Position numbers and translations under genes: made by a program | Notes under the pieces: generated by a model | What the model saw: the letters and a program-made list of their open reading frames with translations, nothing else | What the model was told of the DNA's origin: nothing | Database searches by the model: none | Assembly: GCA_964508905.1 (NCBI GenBank) | Contig: CAZDVO010000008.1 | Location: forward strand, 1 to 62,070 | DNA from: an uncultured bacterium | GTDB taxonomy: Bacteria > Omnitrophota > Omnitrophia > Omnitrophales > Aquincolibacteriaceae | Direction: 5' to 3' | Length of the DNA: 62,070 bases | Shown here: positions 9,049 through 19,619 of the stretch, piece by piece | Numbering within the stretch: the first letter of the stretch is position 1 | Layout: each line of letters starts with the position of its first letter

Positions 9049-9727
9049 GGAGGCAGGCGAGGAAGGCGGGAATGTCGGTCAGGTCTTTCAGGATGTGGTC
9101 GGGGGGATCTTTTTCAAAACTCTGATGCGTTCGTCCATTCGTGAGGACCGCGATGCTGCGGACGCCGGCCTTTTTGGCCGCGGCGATGTCATATTCCGTG
9201 TCGCCGATCACGAAAATCTGGTCTTTGGCGAACTTTTGCTTCGCGAGTTCTTCCGCGTAGGCGATGGCGGCGAGGACGATCTTATGCCGTTCCTTGGCGT
9301 CATTGCCGAATCCGCCGGTGTGGAAGTAATGGTCGATCTTGCCCCGTTTGAGTTTCATGTGACCGGCCCCTTCAAAATTGCCGGTGGCGAGGGCGAGGAA
9401 AACCGTCGGATCCTGAGTGAGGTGTTCCAGGATCTCCACGACCCCCGGCATGAGTTCGAATTTGGGGGACTGCTGGATATGTGCCTCGAAAAGTTCCTCA
9501 TAAACTTCCATGAGGAGGTCCGATTCTCCCTCCGTCAGGAGTCTGCCGAGTTTTTGCTGGGCGACCTCGTCGAAAATAGCGGGGTCGGTTTTCCCGTGGG
9601 GGTCTAGGTTGCCCCAGGAATCGGGGATCTCGAAGAGCTCTTCAAAAGCTTGCTCGAAAGCGATCTTGCCCGCGCCGCCGGTCAGGAGGAGTGTTCCATC
9701 GATGTCGAAGAGAAGCAGTTTTTTCAT
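9044..9727 (-). CDS. HAD-superfamily hydrolase (phosphoglycolate phosphatase-like)
   Basis: LLFDIDGTLL motif I, ATGN motif II and VIGDTEYDI motif IV. Confidence 0.92.
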   Translation of the reverse strand: MKKLLLFDIDGTLLLTGGAGKIAFEQAFEELFEIPDSWGNLDPHGKTDPAIFDEVAQQKLGRLLTEGESDLLMEVYEELFEAHIQQSPKFELMPGVVEILEHLTQDPTVFLALATGNFEGAGHMKLKRGKIDHYFHTGGFGNDAKERHKIVLAAIAYAEELAKQKFAKDQIFVIGDTEYDIAAAKKAGVRSIAVLTNGRTHQSFEKDPPDHILKDLTDIPAFLACLQ

Positions 9728-9886
9728 GGATTAGAGTGTTCGTTCCGTTCCGCGGTTGAAAACAACGGCGCGAATTTTACCACAGGAGGCTTTCGGGGAA
9801 TATGATATATTACAAGCGATCTTTTATAGGAGTTTGCGGGAAGGTGCTCCGGGTGTTTTGGGTCATCCCGCTGAGACGGACAGGTT

Positions 9887-11587
9887 TTGGGATCGCAAAA
9901 GAGGAACGGCTTCTTGAACCTTAGATCGGTTATTTCCCTGCTTCTTTTTTTTCTGGCCGGCGTGTCGACGTGCTTCGCGGGGCAGAATGATTTCTTCTCA
10001 CGGACGGTTGTCCTTCCTTTGGTCACGGAACCCAAAACCTTCAATGTCCTCGTCGCTCAGGAAACTTCCAGCACCGAGGTGGCGCAGTACCTTTTCGAAG
10101 GATTGACGGCTTTTGATCCGCGGACTGGAGAGATACTCCCCAAGCTCGCGGCGACTTGGGAGCATTCCGCCGATGGCCTTGTCTGGACCTTTCACCTGAG
10201 AAACGGGGTCCGGTGGTCCGATGGCCGGCCGTTCACCTCGGGGGACGTTCTCTTTACGTTCGCGACCCTCTTTGATCCCGCGATCCCCAATAGCGCCCGG
10301 GATATCTTTATGATCCAGGGAAAACCGTTGCAGCTCCGCGCGCTTGATGAAACCACGGTGGAATTCCGTTTGCCCGCGCCCTTCGCGCCCTTTCTTCTCT
10401 CGCTTTCGCAGCCGATCCTTCCCAAGCATATGCTCGAACATGCCGTTCAGGACGGGACTTTTTCGAGCGCCTGGGGGCTAGGGGAAAGTCCGGAGCACAT
10501 TGTGGGGACGGGGCCGTTCCAACTCGCGAAAGTGCTGCCCGGCGAACGGGTGGAACTGATCCGGAACCCTTTCTACTGGCGGAAGGATGCCGCCGGGAAG
10601 CCGCTCCCGAAGCTCGACCGGATCGTGATGCCGATCGTGCCGAGTCCCGAAAATCAGTTGCTCCGCTTTCTGGATGGCGAGACAGATCTTCTTGTGATGC
10701 GCGGCACGGATTATCCGGTCCTGAAACCGCTGGAAAAGAAAAAGCGTTTCAGGATCTACCGGGCTGGGGCGTCGCTCGGGTCTTTTTTTGTGGCGGTGAA
10801 TCAGCAGGCGCGCGATTCCCAGAAAAGGCAGTGGTTTCAAAACCGTGATCTCCGGCGGGCGCTTTCCCATGCGATCGACCGCGCTTCCATGGCCGACATC
10901 GTCTTTAACCGGTTTGCCGTCAAACAATGCTCGCCCCTCAGCCCTTCGGTCCCGTTCTTTTATGACGATGAAGTGCCGTGTTATGACTATGCGCCAGGGA
11001 CGGCGAAGGACCTCCTGACCGAGGTCGTGGGTTTTCGGGACAAAGATAAAGATGGGATCCTGGAGGATGAGACGGGCCGTCCTCTGGAGATCGTCCTGGC
11101 GACCAATACGGAAGATCCCTCGCGGCTTCAGCTGGCGCAGATGATCCGCGAGGATTGGCGAAGGGTTGGGATCAAGGTGCATTTGCAGCCGATGGAGTTC
11201 AACGCGCTTGTGTCGAAACTGACCGTGACCCATGATTGGGACGCGGTGGTGATGGGGCTGACGGGTTCGGTCGACCCGCACTTTGGGGCGAATGTCTGGC
11301 TTTCTTCGGGGAATCTCCACTTCTGGAATCCGGGGGCGGGGAACGCGACCTACATCGAAGGCAAGGTGGACGCCCTTTTGGGAAAGGCCGCCGTAAGCCT
11401 CGACCGGGATCAGCGCAAAGCATATTACGATGAGTGGCAACGGATCGAAGCCGAAGAGTTACCGCTCATTCCCACGGTGCTGCCGGAAGTTCTTTATGCC
11501 GTGCGGGACCGTTTTGTCGCCGTGAATCCGACCGCGATCGCGGACCCGCTTTATCCGATCGAGGAGCTTGAGGTGAGGCCGTCATGA
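9887..11587 (+). CDS. Peptide/nickel ABC transporter substrate-binding protein (family 5); TTG start uncertain
   Basis: Signal-peptide-like N-terminus; EPKTFN, LFEGL, LRNGVRWSDGRPFTSGDV and VGTGPF motifs. Confidence 0.9.
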   Translation: MGSQKRNGFLNLRSVISLLLFFLAGVSTCFAGQNDFFSRTVVLPLVTEPKTFNVLVAQETSSTEVAQYLFEGLTAFDPRTGEILPKLAATWEHSADGLVWTFHLRNGVRWSDGRPFTSGDVLFTFATLFDPAIPNSARDIFMIQGKPLQLRALDETTVEFRLPAPFAPFLLSLSQPILPKHMLEHAVQDGTFSSAWGLGESPEHIVGTGPFQLAKVLPGERVELIRNPFYWRKDAAGKPLPKLDRIVMPIVPSPENQLLRFLDGETDLLVMRGTDYPVLKPLEKKKRFRIYRAGASLGSFFVAVNQQARDSQKRQWFQNRDLRRALSHAIDRASMADIVFNRFAVKQCSPLSPSVPFFYDDEVPCYDYAPGTAKDLLTEVVGFRDKDKDGILEDETGRPLEIVLATNTEDPSRLQLAQMIREDWRRVGIKVHLQPMEFNALVSKLTVTHDWDAVVMGLTGSVDPHFGANVWLSSGNLHFWNPGAGNATYIEGKVDALLGKAAVSLDRDQRKAYYDEWQRIEAEELPLIPTVLPEVLYAVRDRFVAVNPTAIADPLYPIEELEVRPS

Positions 11588-12570
11588 AACAGCGCCACTT
11601 TCTTTTTCAGCGATCCTTGATGGCGTTGCCGCTTTTGTTGCTCTTGCCGCTGTTGACCTTCTGGCTCATGCATCTGATGCCGGGGAACTATTTCGATCAA
11701 CTCCGGATGAATCCGCAGATCTCTCAGGCGACCGTCGCCCAATATGAGGCGCTCTATCACCTGAAGGAGCCGGTGCTCGTACAATATGGCTACTGGCTCA
11801 AGCAACTGGCCCGTCTCGACTTCGGCTATTCCTTCGCTTACAAACAACCCGTGCTCGATATCCTTCTTTCCCGTCTTGGCAATACGGTGCTCCTGACCGG
11901 CGTGTCGTTCGCCTGGGCTTGGTTGCTTGCGGCCCTCTTTGGGCTTCTCGCGGCTCGTTTTCCGCGGTCGCTGTTTCATAAAATCCTCGAAGGGATCGCG
12001 TGCGCGGCGCTTTCGATGCCGAATTTTTTCCTTTGTCTCTTGCTGTTACATGTCGCGGCGACCTGGGGCGGGCTTCCGCTTGGGGGGATGCGTTCGGTGG
12101 CCTATGAATCCTTTTCGGCCACAGAGAAGTGCCTGGATATACTGCGCCATTTGGTGATCCCTTCGTTCGTGCTGGGGCTAGGGGTTTTCGCGTTCCTTTT
12201 CCGGTTGATGCGCGTGCAGGCCGAGGAGGTCTTTGAAAAAGATTTCATTCTTTACCTCCGGGCCTGGCGAGTTCCAGGATATAAGATCCTTTTTAAACAC
12301 GTTCTGCGGAATGCCGTCAATCCGTTGATCACGCTTTTGGGGATGCAGTTGCCGGCCCTCGTGAGCGGGGCGGCACTCGTCGAGATCTTTACGGGGTGGC
12401 CGGGGCTGGGTTCTGTGATGCTTCAGGCCGTGCGCGCGCAGGATCAGTTCCTGGTGCTGGGGAATATGGTCATGATCTCGGCGCTGCTCGTCGTGGGGAA
12501 TCTGGCGTCGGATATCCTGCTCGTGATGGTCGATCCCCGGATCCGCCTCGGCGGGGGAGGCCGCTCATGA
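11584..12570 (+). CDS. Peptide ABC transporter permease (OppB/DppB-like)
   Basis: QYGYWL..LARLDFGYS, KHVLRNA and VEIFTGWPGLG motifs; several TM segments. Confidence 0.9.
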   Translation: MKQRHFLFQRSLMALPLLLLLPLLTFWLMHLMPGNYFDQLRMNPQISQATVAQYEALYHLKEPVLVQYGYWLKQLARLDFGYSFAYKQPVLDILLSRLGNTVLLTGVSFAWAWLLAALFGLLAARFPRSLFHKILEGIACAALSMPNFFLCLLLLHVAATWGGLPLGGMRSVAYESFSATEKCLDILRHLVIPSFVLGLGVFAFLFRLMRVQAEEVFEKDFILYLRAWRVPGYKILFKHVLRNAVNPLITLLGMQLPALVSGAALVEIFTGWPGLGSVMLQAVRAQDQFLVLGNMVMISALLVVGNLASDILLVMVDPRIRLGGGGRS

Positions 12571-13580
12571 GACGCGGACTTCTTATGGGGGTGGCGGTCC
12601 TCTTTCTGGGGGCCGTGGTCTTGGGGGCGTGCTTCGCGCATCGTCTCGCGCCGTACGATCCGAATTTTGAAGATCGCGCGCAGGCGCTGCATCCGCCGAC
12701 CGTGCTTCATTTCTTTGATGCCCAAGGGAAGTTCTGCAAACGGCCTTTTGTGCATCCGACCAAGATGGCCTTCGAAGCGAACATGATGCGGACCTACCAG
12801 GAAGTTACCAAGAAACGTTGTTTTCTCCGGAGGGGCAAGCACGCGCTCGTGGGGGTCCAGCCTCCCGCGCGGCTTTATCTGCTCGGAACGGATTCCCGGG
12901 GCCGGGATATTTTCTCCCGCATTCTCTACGGCGCCCGCGTGTCGCTCTCGATCGGGCTGCTTGGGGCCCTGCTGGCCGTCGTCTTCGGCTTCGCGGTCGG
13001 TGCGATCGCCGGATATTTCGGAGGATGGCTGGATCATCTTCTGATGCGTGTGGCCGAGTTCTTCATCATGATCCCGGCGCTCTATCTTCTTCTGGCGCTG
13101 CGGAGCGCGTTGCCGCCGACGCTCGATTCCTTTCAGGTCTATCTTCTGATCGTGGTGATCCTGAGCAGTATTGGCTGGGGCGGTATAGCCCGCGTGATCC
13201 GGGGGATGGTCCTGTCGCTGCGGGAACGGGAATTTGTCACGGCTGCGAAGGTGCTCGGGCGCAAAGCTCCGGCGATCCTGATGGGGCATGTCTTGCCGCA
13301 TACGTTCGGTTATCTGACCGTGATCCTCAGCATGTCCATTCCCGGTTACATCTTTGGCGAGGCGGTGCTGAGCGTCCTCGGTCTTGGGATCCAGGAACCG
13401 GCGATCAGCTGGGGGAATCTGTTGACGGAATCGCTTTCCTATTCAGTGGTGCGATTCCATCCCTGGGTGCTGTTCCCGGGGCTTGCGATCTTTCTCACCG
13501 CGCTTTGTTTTAACGTGATCGGGGACCAATTGAGGGCCGCGCGGGCGCCGGAAGACCGGCCGGAGGAACTTCCGTTATGA
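12567..13580 (+). CDS. Peptide ABC transporter permease (OppC/DppC-like); start at ATG 12567
   Basis: LGTDSRGRDIFSRILYGARVSL, LREREFVTAA, LGLGIQEP..SWG motifs; ATGA overlap. Confidence 0.9.
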   Translation: MRRGLLMGVAVLFLGAVVLGACFAHRLAPYDPNFEDRAQALHPPTVLHFFDAQGKFCKRPFVHPTKMAFEANMMRTYQEVTKKRCFLRRGKHALVGVQPPARLYLLGTDSRGRDIFSRILYGARVSLSIGLLGALLAVVFGFAVGAIAGYFGGWLDHLLMRVAEFFIMIPALYLLLALRSALPPTLDSFQVYLLIVVILSSIGWGGIARVIRGMVLSLREREFVTAAKVLGRKAPAILMGHVLPHTFGYLTVILSMSIPGYIFGEAVLSVLGLGIQEPAISWGNLLTESLSYSVVRFHPWVLFPGLAIFLTALCFNVIGDQLRAARAPEDRPEELPL

Positions 13581-14290
13581 GCGCGCTGATCGAGGTCCAG
13601 GACGTGGTGCTCGCTTATCCTCGCGGCCCGAAGTTTGGCCCGCTCAGTTTTGAGATTCGGGACGGGGAGGCGCTGGCCCTTGTCGGCGGGTCGGGCGCCG
13701 GGAAGAGTACCGTGGTGCTGGCGTTGATGGATGTTTTGAAATTCAGAGGCGGTCGGAAATTGAAAGGCAAGATCCGTCTCCACTGTTCAAAAAAGGAGAT
13801 CGCTTATGTGCCGCAGGACCCGGCCGCGGCGTTGGACCCGCTTTTTACGATCGGGAACCAGATCCGGGAATTAGGCTGCTCCGAGACCGCGATCCGGGAC
13901 GCGTTGGAGAAGGTGCATCTGCCTCTGACACAGCTTCAGCTGAAAAACTATCCGCATGAGTTGAGCGGAGGCATGTTGCAGCGCCTGCTGATCGCGATGG
14001 CGCTGGTGCGGCGGCCGAAGCTCTTGATCGCCGACGAACCCACCTCCTCGCTTGATGTGATCCATCAGGCGGAGATCATGAAATTTTTTCACGCGGTCCT
14101 CGCGGAAGGGATCTCGATTCTTTTTATTACGCATCATCTGCCGCTAGCCATGGACCTTTGCTCGCGCATGGCGGTGATGTGCCAAGGCCAGATCGTCGAG
14201 ATCGGAAGCCCCCGGTCGATCTACGAAGCGCCTCAACACGCGTTCACAAAGCGGCTTCTGGCCGCGGTGCCGACCTTGGAGGTTGTGTGA
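13577..14290 (+). CDS. Peptide ABC transporter ATPase (OppD/DppD-like)
   Basis: GGSGAGKS, YPHELSGGMLQR, LIADEPT and FITHHL motifs. Confidence 0.92.
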   Translation: MSALIEVQDVVLAYPRGPKFGPLSFEIRDGEALALVGGSGAGKSTVVLALMDVLKFRGGRKLKGKIRLHCSKKEIAYVPQDPAAALDPLFTIGNQIRELGCSETAIRDALEKVHLPLTQLQLKNYPHELSGGMLQRLLIAMALVRRPKLLIADEPTSSLDVIHQAEIMKFFHAVLAEGISILFITHHLPLAMDLCSRMAVMCQGQIVEIGSPRSIYEAPQHAFTKRLLAAVPTLEVV

Positions 14291-15072
14291 ATCGCGAGTG
14301 CATTTTTCAGATGAAACAGGTCTCCAGAACTTATGGGACCCCTTCGGGGCGCAAGTTCCAGGCCGTGGATGCCGTGAACCTCGAGTTGAAACGGGGCGGC
14401 GCCTACGCGCTTATCGGCGAAAGCGGCTCCGGGAAAACGACGCTTGGTCGCCTACTGACGGGAATGCTTCGGCCCACAGATGGAGAGGTCTTTTTTGAAG
14501 AGCGACGACTTTGTGATTGGTTGCGGCGTGATCGGACAGTCTTTTGCCGGAGAGTTCAGGTGATCTTTCAGAGCCCGTACCTTTCGCTCGACCCGAAATG
14601 GAATATCCGGAAGATCCTTGAGGAAGGGATGGGGCGGATGCGTGGGGGGGAGCGGCGCCGGAAGATCGAAGCGATGTTGGCCCTCGTCCACTTGCCGGTT
14701 ACGTGTCTCCGGAAAAAGCCGCACGCTTTGAGCGGGGGAGAACGGCAGCGGGTGGCGATCGCCCGGGCGCTTTTGGTGGAGCCCGAATTCCTGATCCTTG
14801 ATGAACCTACCTCCCAGCTCGACGTTGCCACTCAGGCGGAGATCGTGCAGTTGATGAAAGAGCTTCGCTCCCTTTTGACGGGTGGGTTCCTCTTCATCAC
14901 GCACGATATCTCCCTGGCCAGCCAGCTGGCGGAGGAGTTCATTATCATGAAGGAGGGTCGGATCGTCGAACAGGGTGCCAAGAAAGAGATCCTGATGTTG
15001 TCCCAGTCCCCCTATACCCAGGCGCTTCTGGCAGCCATTCCTGCTTGGCCGCCATGGTGCCCCCAAGCCTGA
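14287..15072 (+). CDS. Peptide ABC transporter ATPase (OppF/DppF-like); probable GTG start 14287
   Basis: GESGSGKT, PHALSGGERQR, ILDEPT and FITHD motifs. Confidence 0.92.
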   Translation: MNRECIFQMKQVSRTYGTPSGRKFQAVDAVNLELKRGGAYALIGESGSGKTTLGRLLTGMLRPTDGEVFFEERRLCDWLRRDRTVFCRRVQVIFQSPYLSLDPKWNIRKILEEGMGRMRGGERRRKIEAMLALVHLPVTCLRKKPHALSGGERQRVAIARALLVEPEFLILDEPTSQLDVATQAEIVQLMKELRSLLTGGFLFITHDISLASQLAEEFIIMKEGRIVEQGAKKEILMLSQSPYTQALLAAIPAWPPWCPQA

Positions 15073-15127
15073 AGGATCCGGGTTCCCGTTGATCCGTTCA
15101 AAGGCCTTCCGAAGCAGTTAAAACCGC

Positions 15128-15177
15128 TTTAAGGTTCGTGACCGTTTGGGTATACTACCCACCAAATTTATTAGGAG
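15128..15177 (+). promoter_or_regulatory. Sigma70-type promoter and RBS of mutS
   Basis: TTTAAG (15128-15133), 17-nt spacer, TATACT (15151-15156); AGGAG at 15173-15177, 6 nt before the TTG start. Confidence 0.55.
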
Positions 15178-15183
15178 CCACCC

Positions 15184-17853
15184 TTGACCCAAACGGATCC
15201 CCCGAGCCTTGATGCTCAGGTAAAACTCACGCCGATGATGGAGCAGTACCGCTCCATTAAAAAGACCCTGCCGACCGATACCATCCTCTTCTTTCGCCTG
15301 GGTGATTTCTTCGAAATGTTCTTTGAGGATGCCGTCCGGGCCTCCGATATCCTGAATATCACGCTCACCGGGCGCGAAGGCGGCGAGGCGGGGCGGGTTC
15401 CGATGTGCGGTTTCCCGCATCATGCCTTCCAAGGGTATGTCCGGACGCTGCTGGACGCCAATCTGAAGGTCGCGATCTGCGAGCAAATGGGCGACCCGGC
15501 GCTTGCCAAAGGCCTTGTCGAACGCAAAGTGACGCGCATCATCACGCCAGCGACGTATCTGGACGATGAGACGCCTGAGAAGAATCTCCAGTACATGGCG
15601 GCCATTCTTGCCGGCAAAGATTCGGCGGTGTTAGCCTATCTCGAACTGAGCACCGGGGAATTTTATGTGCGGGAGATCACCCAGGACCGGCTGATGGATG
15701 AGCTGACGCTTCTTTGGCCGCGCGAAGTCGTGATTCCCAAGACGCTGGCGTCTCGGGACGATCTTGCGGTTTTCATCAAAGAGAACCTGAGGGCGACACT
15801 GACCGTCTACGAGGACTGGATCTTCGAGGCGGAGGATTCGATGCGGCTGCTTCAGGAGATCTTCAAACTGGGTTCCGCGCAGGGGATCTCCTTTCACGAC
15901 CATCCGCTCGCGGTCGGAGCCTGCGGCGCCATTCTCTATTACCTCAAAGACCATTTCCACAGCGCGCTGGGCCATGTGCAGAAGCCGCGGCTTTTCAACG
16001 CTTCTCAATTCATGGTGCTCGACCGCCAGGCGCAGCGGAGTCTGGAGCTGGTCGCCTCGCAGAACGGGCGCAAGGATTGCGGCACGCTTCTTTCCGTGGT
16101 CGACCGCACGCTAACCGCCATGGGAGCGCGCCAACTTTATCATTGGCTGACGCACCCGCTTCTGGATATCGCCGGGATCCAGAAACGTCAGGATGCGGTG
16201 GCCGAGCTTATCAAGGAATTGCATCATGCCGAGCACATGGGCCGGCTCCTCAAGGGCGTGAAGGATATGGAGCGGACGCTGAGCCGCCTGAATTACGGTG
16301 TGGCCAATGCCCGGGACCTTGTGAACCTGAAAATGTTCCTCGATCGCGTGCCGGAGATGCGCAACGTGCTCGGGACCTTTGACGCGGACCTGATCCGCGA
16401 TCTTCAAAAACAGGTCCAGCCATTCCCGAAGCTGAGCGAACTCATCGCCCGGTCGATCGTAGAAGAACCGTCGCTTCTTGTGAAAGAGGGCGGGCTGATC
16501 CGGGAAGGTTATTCCGAGGAGTTGGATGATCTCCGCAATATCTCCCAGAAGGGGAAGCAATGGATCCTCGAGTTCCAGCAACGGGAGATCGAACGGACCG
16601 GGATCAAGTCGCTCAAGGTGAAGTATTCCGGCGTCTTCGGTTATACGCTGGAGGTCAGCCGTTCTTACCTGAGCCAGGTGCCGGAAAATTATATTCGTCG
16701 TCAGACCCTCGCCAACGCCGAGCGGTTCGTGGTTCCCGAGTTGAAAGAATGGGATGAGAAGATCTCCGGAGCCCAGGACAAGATCAAAAATCTGGAATAT
16801 CAGATCTTTCTCGAGATCCGCTCGAAAGTGTTGGAAGATCTCGCGCCGCTTCAATCGATGGCGAAGGCCATCGGGATCCTGGATGCCCTGATGTCGCTTT
16901 CGCGGGTCGCTCTGGAAAAGAAATGGGTGCGGCCGGAGGTGAGCGACGACCGGATGCTTTCGATCCAAGGCGGTCGGCATCCCGTGGTGGAGAGCATGCT
17001 GCCCGCCGGGAAGTTTGTCGAAAATGACGGACTTCTGGATAGCGGCAAACAACAGCTGGTAGTGCTGACGGGGCCCAATATGGCCGGTAAATCGACTTAT
17101 ATCCGTCAGATGGCGCATATCGTCCTGCTTGCGCAGACGGGGTCGTTCGTTCCCGCCAAAGCTGCGCATATCGGTCTGGTGGACCGGATCTTCACGCGGA
17201 TCGGCGCCTCCGATGATCTCTCCCGCGGCGAAAGTACGTTCATGGTGGAGATGCTCGAGACGGCGCATATTTTGCAGGAAGCGACGGAGCGAAGCCTTCT
17301 TATTCTCGATGAAGTTGGCCGGGGGACTTCAACCTTTGACGGAGTGAGCATCGCCTGGGCCATTTGCGAATATCTGGTGCAGGCCGCGGCGAAGCCCCGG
17401 ACGCTTTTCGCGACGCATTATCATGAATTGACGCAGCTCGAAGAGCATTTCCCGGGGATCAAGAATTATAAAATGACCGTGAAAGAAACTTCGGACGGGA
17501 TCGTTTTTTTGAGAAAGGTCGCGCGGGGTGCTTCCGAGCGCAGCTACGGGATCCACGTGGCCGGGTTGGCGGGGATCCCGAAGGCGGTGACGATTCGGGC
17601 GAGAGAGATCCTGACGATCCTCGAAAGCGAGAACACCGAAGCGACGCAGATCATCGAGGCCAAGACCTCGAAGCGGTCGAAGAAGGTCGCGGAGTCTGGT
17701 CCCACGCTTTTTGATGTTGCGGCCCGAAAGCCGAGCGAAGTGGAAGCGGAGCTTCAAGGGCTTGATACGGATCGCCTGACGCCGATCGAGGCTTTGCAGA
17801 AGATCGCGGCGTGGAAGAAGAAGCTGGCGGAAGGAGAGAAGTCCCATGGGTAA
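15184..17853 (+). CDS. mutS: DNA mismatch repair protein MutS
   Basis: TPMMEQY, FFRLGDFFEMF, GPNMAGKS, STFMVEM, DEVGRGTST, FATHYHEL and SYGIHVA motifs. Confidence 0.98.
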   Translation: MTQTDPPSLDAQVKLTPMMEQYRSIKKTLPTDTILFFRLGDFFEMFFEDAVRASDILNITLTGREGGEAGRVPMCGFPHHAFQGYVRTLLDANLKVAICEQMGDPALAKGLVERKVTRIITPATYLDDETPEKNLQYMAAILAGKDSAVLAYLELSTGEFYVREITQDRLMDELTLLWPREVVIPKTLASRDDLAVFIKENLRATLTVYEDWIFEAEDSMRLLQEIFKLGSAQGISFHDHPLAVGACGAILYYLKDHFHSALGHVQKPRLFNASQFMVLDRQAQRSLELVASQNGRKDCGTLLSVVDRTLTAMGARQLYHWLTHPLLDIAGIQKRQDAVAELIKELHHAEHMGRLLKGVKDMERTLSRLNYGVANARDLVNLKMFLDRVPEMRNVLGTFDADLIRDLQKQVQPFPKLSELIARSIVEEPSLLVKEGGLIREGYSEELDDLRNISQKGKQWILEFQQREIERTGIKSLKVKYSGVFGYTLEVSRSYLSQVPENYIRRQTLANAERFVVPELKEWDEKISGAQDKIKNLEYQIFLEIRSKVLEDLAPLQSMAKAIGILDALMSLSRVALEKKWVRPEVSDDRMLSIQGGRHPVVESMLPAGKFVENDGLLDSGKQQLVVLTGPNMAGKSTYIRQMAHIVLLAQTGSFVPAKAAHIGLVDRIFTRIGASDDLSRGESTFMVEMLETAHILQEATERSLLILDEVGRGTSTFDGVSIAWAICEYLVQAAAKPRTLFATHYHELTQLEEHFPGIKNYKMTVKETSDGIVFLRKVARGASERSYGIHVAGLAGIPKAVTIRAREILTILESENTEATQIIEAKTSKRSKKVAESGPTLFDVAARKPSEVEAELQGLDTDRLTPIEALQKIAAWKKKLAEGEKSHG

Positions 17854-19615
17854 AATACACGTTCTTTCCGAACACGTGGCCAACAAGATCGCGGCGGGGG
17901 AAGTGATCGACCGCCCCGCGTCGATCGTGAAAGAGCTGGTCGAGAATTCCCTGGATGCTGGAGCGGACCAGATCGAGATCGAGGTGAAACATGGCGGGAA
18001 GAGCCTGATCCGTGTCGCGGACAACGGCTCGGGGATGACCGCGGTGGATGCGCAGCTGGCGCTCCAGCGACATGCGACGAGCAAGATCGAAAAGACCGAG
18101 GACCTCGACACCATCATGAGCTTTGGCTTCCGCGGCGAAGCGCTTCCGAGCATTGCGGCGGTATCGCGCTTTACGCTCCAGACGCGGACCCCCGAGGGGG
18201 AAACCGGCACCGAGCTTGTGGTCGAGGGCGGAGCGCTTGTGAAAGCGAAGGAATGCCCCGCGGCCGTGGGGACCGTGATCGAAGTGCGCGATCTTTTTTT
18301 TAACACGCCGGCGCGTCGGAAATTCATGAAGCAGGACTCGACGGAGTTCGGGCATATTCTCGATGCCGTGACCTGTATCGCGCTTGCGAATCTTCAAGTT
18401 CGCTTCGTTCTTGTTTCCAACGGCGAAACGGTTCTGGATCTGGTGCCGACGCAGGACCTTGCCGTGCGTGCCGCGGCGGTGCTCGGAGAGGCTTGGTCGG
18501 AACAGACCCTTTCGATCCGGAACGAAATGCCACACATCAAACTTTCGGGGCTGATCGGGAAACCGTCCCTCGCGTCCGGTAACCGGGCGCAGCAATTCCT
18601 TTTTATCAATAAACGCTGGGTGAAGGCCTACGGGTTGAGTTACGGGCTTCAGGCGGGGTATCACGGGGTGCTGATGCAGCATCAATTCCCGGCGGCGATC
18701 CTTTTTTTAGAGCTGAACCCGCAGCATGTGGATGTGAATGTTCATCCGACGAAACAGCAAGTCCGCCTGTCTCACGAAGCGTTGATCAAGTCGCTGATCG
18801 AAAAGACCGTGGCGGCAGCGCTCAAGGAGAACGGGGATCTCGTGCCCTCGTTCCGTGAGAAGGCAGAGCGCCCCGCAGAGTCTGCGCGTTCCCGCTTCCA
18901 AGAACCCAGCTTCGGGTTTGAACAGCGTATGGCGACGCCGAATGCCCCGCTTAAAGTCGCCGAGGCCGTGGTCGCGGATGTGGTGACCCGGCAGGTAAAT
19001 GAGTTCCAGCCGCTCGCGATAGGGAAGGGCCTGAAGGTTACGAGAGTGCTCGGGCAGGTGCATCGGACTTATATCCTCGCGGAGACCGAGGAAGGGTATA
19101 TTGTGGTCGATCAGCACGCGGCGCATGAACGGGTGATGTTCGAGGCGTTGATGAAGAATTTTGAGTTGCAGCAGCCATCAAGCCAGGGGCTGCTGATGGA
19201 GGAAGTGTTGGAGCTTCACCCTCGCCAGGTCGAGGTTTTAAAGAAAAGTCTGAGCTTTCTTTCTAAGCTTGGCTTCGAGATCGAACCGTTTGGCGATAAA
19301 TCCTTTGTTGTGCGCGCGGTGCCGTCGATCCTTCGTGATGAAAATTCGCTTACGCTCATCAAACAATTTGTCGATGAAAAAGAAGCCGGAAAGTCACAGA
19401 CCCGGCTTAAAGGGGCCCAGGAAGATGTTGCGGCCATGGTTGCTTGCAAGCGCCGGTCGGTGAAGGCAGCGGACCCGCTGACGCTTCCGGCGATGCAGGG
19501 GCTTTTGGAACAGCTGGCTCGGTGTGAGAACCCTTTTAATTGTCCTCATGGCCGGCCGAGCATGATGAAATACTCTTTGGCGGATCTTGAGAAACAGTTC
19601 AAACGTAAGGTGTGA
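17846..19615 (+). CDS. mutL: DNA mismatch repair protein MutL with C-terminal endonuclease motif
   Basis: IAAGEVIDRPAS, ELVENSLDAG, HATSKI, GFRGEAL, DVNVHPTK, DQHAAHER and CPHGRP motifs. Confidence 0.98.
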   Translation: MGKIHVLSEHVANKIAAGEVIDRPASIVKELVENSLDAGADQIEIEVKHGGKSLIRVADNGSGMTAVDAQLALQRHATSKIEKTEDLDTIMSFGFRGEALPSIAAVSRFTLQTRTPEGETGTELVVEGGALVKAKECPAAVGTVIEVRDLFFNTPARRKFMKQDSTEFGHILDAVTCIALANLQVRFVLVSNGETVLDLVPTQDLAVRAAAVLGEAWSEQTLSIRNEMPHIKLSGLIGKPSLASGNRAQQFLFINKRWVKAYGLSYGLQAGYHGVLMQHQFPAAILFLELNPQHVDVNVHPTKQQVRLSHEALIKSLIEKTVAAALKENGDLVPSFREKAERPAESARSRFQEPSFGFEQRMATPNAPLKVAEAVVADVVTRQVNEFQPLAIGKGLKVTRVLGQVHRTYILAETEEGYIVVDQHAAHERVMFEALMKNFELQQPSSQGLLMEEVLELHPRQVEVLKKSLSFLSKLGFEIEPFGDKSFVVRAVPSILRDENSLTLIKQFVDEKEAGKSQTRLKGAQEDVAAMVACKRRSVKAADPLTLPAMQGLLEQLARCENPFNCPHGRPSMMKYSLADLEKQFKRKV

Positions 19616-19619
19616 TTCC